Assembly: GCA_000171835.1 (NCBI GenBank)
Contig: ABHC01000013.1
Location: 104,340-168,339 of the forward strand
Length of the DNA stretch: 64,000 nucleotides
Direction of reading: 5' to 3'
DNA from: an alpha proteobacterium BAL199
GTDB taxonomy: Bacteria; Pseudomonadota; Alphaproteobacteria; Thalassobaculales; Thalassobaculaceae
The translations under genes and the position numbers were made by a program. Positions 9,048 to 21,000 of this stretch are shown one piece after another (the stretch's first letter is position 1; every line of letters begins with the position of its first letter). Under the pieces are notes generated by a model. It ran no database searches and was not told the origin of the DNA. It was given only the letters and a program-made list of their open reading frames with translations.

Positions 9048-12000
9048 CGCCGCCGCAAGACCAGCAACCGGACATCCACCCGTCCCCGACCGACGAGGTC
9101 GCGGAGCTCGAGGCGGCGTTGGAGCGGTCGCTGCGGGTGATCAACCACCTGGAAGCAGCGCTGGAGCAGCGCGCCGGCGACGCCGGGACAGAGTCGCACC
9201 AACCGGTCGCCATCGTCGGCATGTCTTGCCGCTTCCCCGGCGGCGCCAACGACCCGGCCGCGTTCTGGGACCTGCTCGCCGGCGGACGCGAGGCGCGCGC
9301 CCCCATGGCGGCGGACCGCTGGACCGGCCCCGGCGCCCCGCCGCTGGGCCATTTCCTCGACCGGGTCCCCTACGGCGTCGACGACCGGGTGTTCCGGCTC
9401 TCGCCCGAGGAGATCCGCGGCCTGGACCCGCAACAGCGGCTGCTGCTCGAACTCGCCTTCGAAGCCTTCGAGGACGCCGGCTTGCCGCAAGGCCAGCTCG
9501 AAGGATCGCGCACCGGCGTGTTTCTCGGCCTGGAGAAGGCCGATTTCATCCGCGCCGGACTGTATTCCGGCGATCCCGAGCGGATCACCCCGTATACCGC
9601 CACCGGCATCGCCGGCAGTGCGGCGGCGGGACGGATCTCCTATCTGTTCGACCTGCGCGGACCCTGCCTCTCGCTCGACGCCGCCTGCGCGTCCTCCCTG
9701 GTGGCGGTCGACCAGGCCTGCGCCAGCCTGCGCCGGGGCGACTGCACCATGGCGCTGGCCGGCGCGGTCAGCCTCATGCTGGCGCCGGAGCCGTTCACGG
9801 CCCTGACCCGATTGGGCGCCCTGTCACCGGAAGGCCGCTGCAAGACCTTCTCCGCCGACGCCGACGGCTACGCCCGTGGCGAGGGCGGCGCCATCCTGGT
9901 GCTGAAACCGCTGGCGCAGGCGCAGGCCGACGGCGACCGGATCCACGGCGTGATCCTGGGCAGCGCGGTACGCCACGGCGGGCGCAGCAACGGGCTGACG
10001 GCCCCCAACATGGGCTCCCAGGAAGAGGTGATCCGAGCCGCCCTGGACGACGCCCGCATCGGCCCCGACGCGGTCGACTACCTGGAAGCGCACGGGACCG
10101 GAACGCCGCTGGGCGACCCGATCGAGATGGCGGCCGTGGAAGCGGTGTTCGCCGCGTCCAGACTCGAGGCCGGCAGCCCGCTCGCCATCGGGTCGGTCAA
10201 GACCAATATCGGCCATCTGGAAACGGCGGCGGGCGTCGCCGGGATCATCAAGGTTCTGCTGTGCCTGCGCCACGGGATGCTGCCACCGCATCTGCACTTC
10301 GAGAACCCGAGCGAGCATATCGACTGGCCGTCCCTGCCGGTGACCGTCCCGACCGAGGCCACCGCCTGGCCGTCGTCATCGCCGAGCCGGCGGCGCATCG
10401 CCGGGGTCAGCGCCTTCGGGTTCGCGGGAACCGTCGCCCATGTGGTTCTGGCAGGCGCCCCCGATGGAACCGACATCTGCGAACCGGCGACAGCCGACAC
10501 GACCGCGCTCCCCGACCGGTGCTGGCACCTGGTGACCGTCTCGGCCCGCAGCGAGGCGGCGCTGGCCGCCAATCTCGACGCGCTTGCCGCCCATGTCTCA
10601 CCCGACGACGGCCTGGGCGACGACGGCCTGGGCGACATCGCCCACACCGCCAATACCGGGCGCACGGCGTTCGAGTATCGCGCCGCCGCCGTGGCCAACG
10701 CGGCCAGCGCCCGGCCGGCGACCCTGCCGGCGACCCTGCGCGGACCGGACCTCATGAAAGGCCGATCCGGTCAAGCGGACGCCGGACAGATCGCGTTCGC
10801 GTTCACCGGCCAGGGATCGCAGTACCGGGGCATGGGCCGGGACCTTTACGCGACGTCGCCGGTGTTTCGCGACGCGCTGGATCGCTGCGCCACGCTTCTG
10901 GAACCGGAGCTGGACCGGCCGCTGATCGACCTGCTGTACGGCCCGGCGCCGGACCCGGAGGTGATCGACCGCACCGACTACGCCCAACCGGCCCTGTTCT
11001 CCGTCGGCTACGCCTTGAGTGCGCTCTGGCGATCCTGGGGCATTCACCCGGCCGTGGTGATGGGTCACAGCGTCGGCGAGATCACCGCCGCGCAGATCGC
11101 AGGCGTGTTCTCGCTGGAAGACGCGATCCGGCTGATCGCCGCGCGGGGACGCCTGGTGCAGTCGCTGACGCCGGCCGGCGCCATGGCGGCGGTCTTCGCC
11201 AACGCGGACACGGTCGCGGACCGCCTGAAGGACTTGGACGGCGGCGTTGTGATCGCCGCCCGGAACGCGCCGCGGAACACGGTCATCGCCGGCACGCCCG
11301 ACGCGGTCGCCCATGCCGTCGAGCACCTGCGCCAGGACGGGATCGACGCGCGCGCCCTGTCGGTTTCCCGCGCCTTTCACTCTCCCCTGCTGGACCCGGC
11401 GGTGGCGCCGTTCAGGGACGTGCTGGAGAGCCTGACCTACAACGCGCCGACGATCCCGCTGGTCACAAACCGCACCGGCCGGCTCGCGACCGCCAAGATC
11501 ACAACCGCCGAGATCACAACCGCCGACATCATGACCCCGGACGCCTGGTGCCGGCATCTTCTGGACCCGGTCCTGTTCGAGGACGGCGTCCGAGCCGTCG
11601 CCGAGGCCGGCATCCGGACGGTGATCGAAATCGGCCCGGCGCCGGTGTTGAGCGGTCTGGCCCGGCAGGTCGACGGATCGGACACGGCTCCGATCTGGAT
11701 GCCGTCCCTGATCGCCGCCAGCGAGGGCTGGCAACAGATGCTGTCGACCCTGGGCCAGTTGTACGTCCGGGGTGTCGATGTCGACTGGCCGGGCGTCGAC
11801 CGGGGACGGGTGCGCCGCAGGGTCGACCTGCCCACATACCGTTTCCAAAGAAACCATGCGGAGCCGCCGGCACCCCTCCCCGTTGCCCGCTCGGTCGGCG
11901 CCCTTGCTCGCACAACGCCAGAGGGCCCGGTTTCAGAGGGTCCGGTTTCAGAAGGTCCGGCATTCGACAGCGTTTCGCGCGGGTTCCAAGCCGTCACCAC

Positions 12001-15000
12001 TCTCGGCCGGGGGCTGCTGTGCCACGCCATGGAGCGGCTGGGCCTGTTCGATCGGCTGGAGGCCGCCGTCGCCCCGACCGTTGACGACCTGCGGTCCGAT
12101 CTGGGGATCGATCCCTCCTATGCCCGGCTGTTCGACGAGCTGCTGGCGATCCTGGCGCGGCACGGGGTTCTGGCGCTGGCCGAGGGTCGGGTCGTCGCGA
12201 CCGACATCCGACGCCACACATCCCCTGCCGACTCCATCCCTCCTGCCGACTCCGCGACCGTGGTGCGCGACCATCCGGATCTGGCGGCCATGGTCCGGCT
12301 GCTTGAGGTCTGCCTGGACGCCTATCCGGACGTGCTGCGGGACACCCGCAAGGCGATGGAGGTCCTGTTCCCCGGCGGGTCCATGGCGCTGGTCGAAGCG
12401 GTCTACCAGAGCGGCGACATCGCCGGTTATTTCAATCGCCTGGTCGCGGATGCGGTGCGCCAGGCCGTGACCGAGATCGGCGGCACCGGCGGGGCCGGCA
12501 TCCTGGAGATCGGCGCTGGAACCGGCGGCACCAGCCGGACGGTGCTGGCGGCCTTGGCCGAGAGGGAGACCGCCGCCCTCGCCTACCACTACACCGACAT
12601 TTCCGCCGGGTTCGTGCGTCAGGCGGAAATTCATCTGGGCGCGCGCTACCCGTTCACCCGGTTCCAGACACTCGACATCGAGCGGGATATCGCCGCTCAA
12701 GGCTGCCGGGAGGGCGGCTACGACGTGGTGCTGGCCAGCAACGTGCTGCACGCCACCCACGACATGGCCCACACCCTGGCACAGGCCGCCCGGCTGGTGC
12801 GCCCCGGCGGGCGGTTGATCATCAACGAGGTGACCCGGTCCCACGAATTCATCGGCATGACCTTCGGGCTAACGCCGGGCTGGTGGCTGTATCAGGACGC
12901 CGAGGTCCGTCAGGCCGGATCGCCGGTGCTGAGTCTGGCCAGTTGGCGCCGGATGCTGGCCGAGGCCGGTTTCGCGACGGTCGACACCCACGGATTGGAC
13001 GGCGACGACCCGGACGACCCGGTTCAGGCGGTGATCGTCGCCTATCGGGATGGCGGATCGGCGTTTGCCGCGCCGCAGGATCTGGACATCGGCGGGCACG
13101 GGGGCGCCGGCCATCGCGGCGCGCTCGAAGGGCGGCTGGTCGCCCTGGTCCAGCGGATCTCCGGCATCACCGTCAGCGATGGAGATACCGCGACCAACCT
13201 GTTCGCCCTGGGGCTCGACTCCCTGCTTCTGATGCAGATCAAGCAGGGCATGCAGGAGGAGTTCGGGGTCGAGGTCTCCATGGGACAGTTCTACAACGAG
13301 CTGTCCACCATCGGCGACCTGGTCGACCTGCTGGCGCGCCAGGTTTCGCCGGCGCCGACGGCAGCTCCGGGACCCGCTACCGGGTCGGTAGCCCAGACCG
13401 TTCCCCACGTCCCGCAGCCGGCGCCGGCGACGGCGGGCTCTCGGGACGCCATTCTGCGCGTGGTGGAGCAACAACTCGAGCTCATGCGCCAACAGCTCGC
13501 GTTGCTCGGTGGCGACCCGGGCGCGGTGGCTCTTCCCGCAATGCCGGCAACGGTGCCGACCGCGCCAGCGCCCCCCCTCGCAGCTCCCCACCCTGCCACA
13601 TTTGCATCTGCGCCGGCGGCATCTGCGCCGGGTGCATCTGCACCGGCGGCATCGGTCCAGGGGCCGATCGATGGCGCGTTGAGCCCGGCGCAGCAGCGCC
13701 TGATCGACGATCTGGTCCGGCGCTACACCGCCAAGACGGCGCGCTCCAAGGACGCGATGGCGCGTGCGCGCCCGGTGCTGGCGGACTGGATCGCGACCGT
13801 CGGGTTCCGCCCGGAGCTGAAGGAGATGATCTACCCGATCGTCTCGGTCGCATCCCAGGGCAGTCACGTCACCGATCTTGACGGCAACGACTATGTCGAC
13901 CTGGCCATGGGCTTCGGGGTCGAGTTCTTCGGCCACCGCCCGCCCTTCGTGGTCGACGCCGTGCGCGAGCGGCTGGACCGAGGGTTCGAGCTGGCGACCC
14001 AGTCGGATCTGGCCGAGGAGACGGCCCGGATGGTCGCCGAGTTGACCGGCGTCGAGCGGGTGACGTTCAGCAATACCGGAACCGAAGCGGTGATGACCGC
14101 GTTCCGGCTGGCGCGCACGGTGACCGGGCGCAAGCGCATCGTCCATTTCAAGGGCGCGTTCCACGGCTTCTATGACGGGGTCATGGCCTATGGCGGGCGC
14201 ACCGGCTCCACGCCCATGGTGCCGGGCATCCTGCAGAACCAAATCGACGACGTGCTGGTCCTGGAATACGGCTCCGACGAGGCGCTGCGGGTGATCGAAG
14301 CCGAGGCGGACAGCCTGGCCGGCGTGCTGGTCGAGCCGGTGCAGAGCCGCAATCCCGACCTGCAACCGCGCGACTTCCTGCACGCCCTGCGGCGGATCAC
14401 CGAGAGCCACGGCGTGGCCCTGATCTTCGACGAGCTGATCACCGGTTTCCGCGTCCATCCCGGCGGCGCCCAGGCGCATTTCGGGGTCACCGCCGACATC
14501 GTCACCTACGGCAAGATGATCGGCGGCGGCATGCCGATCAGCGTGATCGCCGGCAAGGCGCGGTTCCTCGACGCGATCGACGGCGGCGACTGGCGGTACG
14601 GCGACGGCTCGCGGCCGGCGGCGACCATGACGTTCTTCGGCGGAACCTTCTGCCGCCACCCGCTGTCGATGGCCGCCGCCCACGCCACCCTGCGGTTCAT
14701 GGCCGACCATGGCCCCGCATTGCAGGAGCGGGTCAACGCCCGCACCGAAGCGCTTGCCGGGCGCCTGAATGCCCTGTTCGGCGACCGCCGCATTCCGTTC
14801 CGGGTGGCCTGGTTCGCCTCGCAGTTCCAGATCCGCCAGGCGATGGCCGGCGGCGGGGGCGAGACGATCCAGTCGCTGGAGCTGGCGGTCTTCTTCTTCC
14901 TGCTGATGGAGCGGGGCATCTACACCTGGGAGCGTCGGGTCTGCTTCCTGTCGATCGCCCATGACGACGGCGATCTCGACCGCATCGTGTCGGCGGTGGC

Positions 15001-18000
15001 GGATAGCCTGGACGCGATGCTGGCCGCCGGGTTCTTCGGCGGCCGGTCGGCGCCCCCGGTCGCGCTGACCCCCGGCCAGAAGGACATGGCGTTCCGGGCG
15101 GCCCAGGGGACCGCCGCGTCGACCGCCTATGCCGAACCATTGGTGCTCGACCTGGAGGGGCCGCTGGACATCGCCGCCCTGCAGGGCGCGTTGGACGCGG
15201 TGATCGCCCGCCACGACGCGTTGCGGGTGGTGCGCATCGCCGACGACGCCGCCGAGATCGCGCCGAAGATATCGGTGGCGATCCGGCGCACCCTCGACAC
15301 CAGCCGGGACGCCGGCGACTGGCTGTCCGCCCTGTGCCGCCAGCCGTTCGATCTCGACGCCGGCCCCTTGATCCGCGCCCACCTGCTGGAGCTGGCGCCG
15401 GAGCGTTTCCGGTTCGCGCTGGTGCTGCATCACCTGATCGCCGACGGCTGGTCGGCCGGCGTCGTGCTGCAGGAGCTGGCCCGGATCTACAGCGCGCTGG
15501 CCGCCCGCGCGCCGCTCCCCGAGCTGCCGGCGCCGGTGTCCTTCGCGGCATACCAGGCCTGGTATGCCGATCGGCTGACCCGCCGCCGCGCGACGGTGCG
15601 CGGCTACTGGCGCCGACAGCTACGCGACGTGCCGCCGCTGGATCTGCCGGCCGACGTCCTCGCGCCCTCGCGCACCTCCGGGCGGGGACAGCGCCTGCGC
15701 CGGGAAATCGCGGGCGACACCACCACGGCGATCCGGGCGGCGGCGCGGGCCCACCACACCTCGTCCTTCGCGATCCTGCTCGGGACCTGGACGGCGCTGC
15801 TGTTCCGGCTGTCCGGCTCCCGGCGGATCACCGTCGGCGTCGCGAGCGCCGGGCAGTCCGCCATGGGCAAGGACACGCTGGTCGGCCAATGCTCCTCGCT
15901 GCTGCCGCTGATCGTGGAGGTGGATCCGGCGCTGTCCTGGACGGCGCTGCTGGAGCGGCTCACCGCAGCGCTCGGCGAACTGTGGGACCATCAGGACGTG
16001 CGCCCGGAAGACGTGATCGGGGACGATCCAGACCTGGCCCTGCCGCCCCTGCGGGCGTCGTTCAATCAGGACCGCGATCCGGGCGGATGCCGCTTCCACG
16101 GCCTGTCCGCCGCTTTGGCGCCCGCCGAAATCGGCTTCGTCAAGCACGCGCTGGCCCTGAACGCGATCGAGTCCGACGGTCGGATGCTGCTCGATTTCGA
16201 CTACGACACCGATCTGTTCGATCCCGCCACGGTGAGCGACTGGGCCGACGGGTATCGCGCCCTGCTCGACGCCCTGCTCCTCGCACCCGACGCGCCGATC
16301 ATCGCCGACGGCCCCGCCCCAGCGAGCGGGCCCGCAGGCCGCGCCCGGACCGCCGACTCCCCCCCGCTCGGCATCGGCGCCGACGCTTTCGACCGTCACG
16401 TCGAGGCCTGGATCGGGGCGGCGGAAATCGCCGCCGGCGACCGTCTGCACATCTCCGACGCGGCCGCGTCGGCACTTGGCGCCGACGGGGCGGCGGCGTT
16501 GCGTACGGCCGGGGCCACGGTCCTGCCGGCGGGCGCGCAGCGTCAGCCCGGAGACGGCGACATCCTGCTGGCCCGCGAGGCGTCCGGGATGCCGACAAGC
16601 GCCAAGATGCTGCTGGTCGATGACGGCACCTTGCTGGACATCACCCTCGCCGACCTGTTGCGGACCCGACCGGAGACCAGACTTTTCGTCGTCGCCCAGC
16701 CCACCGGACTGCCGGTATCGCTCGGCGTGGAGCGGGTGGACGCGGCGCGCGAGGAGTGGCGCCGTCACGGGCTGAGGGCGCCGTCGCCCTCTCTGAATGT
16801 CGATGTCCGGGACACCGACGGCCGGCCGGTGCTCAGCGGCGTCGCCGGAAACCTCCACCTCGGCCCGACATCGACCGGCGAGGCGGCGCGACGCCGGTCC
16901 GACGGGACGATCGAGCTGCTTGGTCCGGCCGATGCGATCGTTCACCACCGAAGCCACCCGGTGCGCGCCTCCACCGTGGCCGCAATCCTGCTCGCCCACC
17001 CCTCGGTGCGCGATGTCGCCCTCGACCCCGCCGCCGCGAGCTTCTCGGTGCAGGCCGCCATCGGCGACAGCGGTGTCGACGCGCAAACCCTGCGGCGATA
17101 CCTGCTGCGCCATCTGCCGGTGTGGAGTGTGCCCGGACGTGTCGTCGTGGTGCCGCAGTTTCCGGCCCCACCGGAAACCCCGGCCGAGACCACCCCGGAA
17201 GTCCGGGCCGACGGCCCGCAAACCGCTGAAATCATAACCCTGTTCCGCCATGTGCTGGGCGGCGTCGATGTCGCGGCAGACGATGACTTTTTCGATCTTG
17301 GCGGCGATTCCCTGGCGGCGACCCGCCTGGTCAACCAGGTCCGCACGGTGTTCGGCGTGGATCTGGCCATGCGCTCGGTGTTCGAAGCGCCGACACCCGC
17401 CCTGCTCGCCGCCCGGCTTGGGGACGCGGAACGGTCGACCCTGGCGCCGATCACCGCCGGCCGCCGTCCCGATCGACTTCCGCTGTCCCCGGCGCAACGC
17501 CGATTGTGGTTCCTGGAGCAGTTCGAGAGCACGGCCACCGCCTATGTCATGACGGTCGCCGTGCGTCTGAACGGTCCCCTGGACGTGTCCGCGCTGGAGC
17601 GGGCCCTGAACGCCGTCTTGGCGCGTCACGAAAGCCTGCGCACCCGCTTTCCGACGACCGACGACGAACCATGGCAGGAGATCCTTCCCGCCGCCGCTGC
17701 CCGTCTGACGTTGGCGCCGGTCGACACCACCGACGCGGCCCTGTTGCCAACTCTGGCGGCGCTCCAGGCGACGGACGCACGGTTCGATCTGGCCAACGAT
17801 CTGCCGGTTCGCGCGATACTCTACCGCCTGTCGGCCGATCGCCATGTCCTGGTCCTGCGGGTCCACCATATCGCCGGCGACGAGGAATCCTTGCGCCCCC
17901 TGGCCCAAGACCTTCGCCGCGCCTATTCGGATGCCTCCGCCCTGACGCCCTTGAGCCTCCAGGTCGCCGATGTTGCCCTATGGCAGCGGGATCAGACCTA

Positions 18001-21000
18001 CGACGACCAGGAGGCGTTCTGGGTCCGCGAGCTGGGCGACCTGCCGAGCGCCCTCGCATTGCCCTACGACACGCCCCCTGGAGGTGCCGGGCGCCATCGT
18101 CCCGCCGGACAGGTGCCGTTGCGGATCGGCGCCGCGTTGACCCGGCGATTGTCCGACCTCGCCCATGAGGAAAGGGCCAGCCTGTTCATGGCGCTTCAGG
18201 CCGGCCTCGCCACCCTGCTGCACCGCTACGGCGCCGGCGACGACATTCCGATCGGCGCCCCGTCCGCCGGGCGGAGCCGGCGCGAGCTGGAAGACCTGAT
18301 CGGCTTCTTCGTCAACATGATCGTTCTGCGCTGCCGCCTGGGCGGCCGGCCCAGTTTCCGCGACCTGCTGGCGCGCGTCCGCGGGTGCAATCTGGCCGCC
18401 TATGCGAACCAGGACGCGCCGTTCGACCGGGTGGTGGACCGCCTGCGCCCGCTGCGCGACGGTGAGGCGTTGGCCTTGCAGGTCGTGCTGGTGTTGGGAC
18501 AGGGCGATGCGGGTGCGCTCGACCTGCCGGGAATCGACAGCGCGCTTCTGCGCATCCCCGAGCGGGACGCCAAGTTCGACCTGAGCGTCATGCTGGCGCC
18601 CACGGAGGATGGCGGGCTCGCGGGTGAGTTGGTGTATGACGCCCACCTGTTCCGCCCGGAGACCGCCGCCCGGCTGGCCGACCACCTGGTGCGCATTCTC
18701 CAGGCCGCCGTGATCGCGCCGGACGAACCGGTCGCCCGTCTGGCGTTTCTGGCGCCGGCCGAGCGCCAGCCGCTTGTCGCCGAGCGAACCGAAACCATCC
18801 GGATCGATCCCGACGCCACGGTGACCGGTCTGCTGGAGGCCCAGGCGGCGGCGACCCCGGAAGCGGTCGCCCTGGTCGCCGCCGATGGCCGGGCGATGAC
18901 CTATTCCGCCCTTCACCGGACCGCCGCGACGGTCGCCGGCATCCTGAGGCGCCGGGGCATCGGGCGGGGTGACGTGATCGCGGTCCTGTGCCGGCGGTCG
19001 CCGGACATGGTGGTCGGCATTCTAGCCGCCCTGAAGGCCGGCGCCACCTATCTGCCGCTCGACCCGAGCTATCCGCCGGCCCGCCTCGCCTTCATCGTCG
19101 AGGATGCGGCCCCGGCCCTGGTGCTGAGTCAGTCGGAGCTGACAGAGATCCTCCCCTCCGACACCGAAGTATTGCTCCTCGACACAGTGCCGGAAGCCTG
19201 CGGATCAAACGCCACCGACGCGGCAAGCCCGCCCGCAACGCCGGACGATGCCGCCTACATAATCTACACCTCCGGCTCGACCGGGCAGCCGAAGGGGGCG
19301 ATCCTGCCGCACCGGGCGGTGGTGAATTATCTCGTCTGGGCGCGCGATACGTATCGCCCCGAGCTTGGCCGGGGTGCGCCGATCAACACCTCTATCGGCT
19401 TCGACGCCACCATCACCAGCCTGTTCCTGCCGCTGATCGCCGGCACCGCCGTGTATCTGATCGACGAGGAGGACGAGATCGGGGCGCTTGCCGCGTGCCT
19501 GAGCGACCACCGCGACTTCAGCCTGGTCAAGCTGACCCCCGCCCATCTCGATATCCTGCGGATGACGATGGCGCCGGAAGACCTCGCCGGCATGGCGCGG
19601 GTTCTGGTGATCGGCGGCGAAGCGCTGTCGGCCGCCACGGTGCAGGCATGGCGCGACCATGCGCCGGAGACCCGACTGTTCAACGAGTACGGCCCGACGG
19701 AAACCACGGTCGGCTGCATCGTCCACGAGGTCGGACCGGACACGCCGACCAGCGGGATGGTGCCGATCGGCCGGCCGATCGCGAACACGCGGATCTATCT
19801 GCTCGACGCCGAGATGCAGCCGGTTCCGGTGGGTGTTGCCGGCGAGGTGTACATCGCCGGTGCCGGCGTGGCGGATGGATATCTGAGGCGTCCGGAGCTC
19901 ACGGCGGAACGGTTCCTCGCCGACCCGTTCGGCGAACCGGGCGCGCGGATGTACCGCTCCGGCGATCTGGCGCGGCGCGACGCGGACGGCCGGATGGAGT
20001 ATCTCGGGCGCGCCGACGGGCAGATCAAGCTGCGCGGCCACCGGATCGAACCGGGCGAGATCGAGGCCGCCCTGCTGGCCCAACCATCGGTCGCCCAGGC
20101 TGCCGTCATTCTGCGCAAGGACGCCGTGGGAGATGCCGAACTGGCCGCGTATCTCGTGCCGGCGGCGGGCGTGGAACCGCGCGCGACAGCCGCGCTTCAA
20201 CAGGCGCTGAGCGAGCGGTTGCCGGCGGTGGCGGTGCCGTCATCCTACATCTGGGTCGACGCGGTGCCGCTCTCTCCGAACGGCAAGGTCGACCGGGCGC
20301 GGCTTGCCCGCGTGGCGGTCGCGCCCCGGCAGGCCGCCGCACCTGACGACCTGCCTTGCGCCCTCACGGAGCGGATCTGCGCGGCGTTCGCCGCCGCGCT
20401 GGAGGTGCCGCATGTCGCCCCCGACGCCAATTTCTTCGCCATCGGCGGGCATTCGCTTCTGGCCGCCCGGTTGATCATCCGCCTGCGGCGAGAGGTCGAT
20501 GACGGGCTGTCGCTCGGGGACCTGTTCGCGAACCCGACCGCCGCCGACTTGGCCGGGCTGCTGGCGGGTCGGGAACAGGCGACCCCGCGCCCCGGCCTCG
20601 TCCCGACCCCCGCCGACGCCGACGCCGACGCCGACTATCCGGTCTCGCCGGGTCAGCGGCGGCTTTGGGCGCTGGACCGGATGGAGCCGGGTCGTGCGGT
20701 CTACAACATGGCCTGCGCGTTCCTGGTCGACGGCGATATCGGCCCGGCCCGGCTGCGGGGCGCACTCGACGCCCTGATGCGGCGGCACGAGACGTTGCGC
20801 ACCGGCTTCGTGGCCGTCGGCGCGGAGCCGCGTCAGCGGGTGCACGCCGACTGCGCCGTGCCGTTGGTCGTCGAGGATCTGTCGCACTGGCCCGACCCGC
20901 TGGCGCGGGCCAAGGCGGTTGCCGACGCCGATGCGCGGACCCCATTCGACCTGGCGACGGCCCCGTTGTGGCGGGTCCGGCTGCTCGCCCTCGGCGGCAC

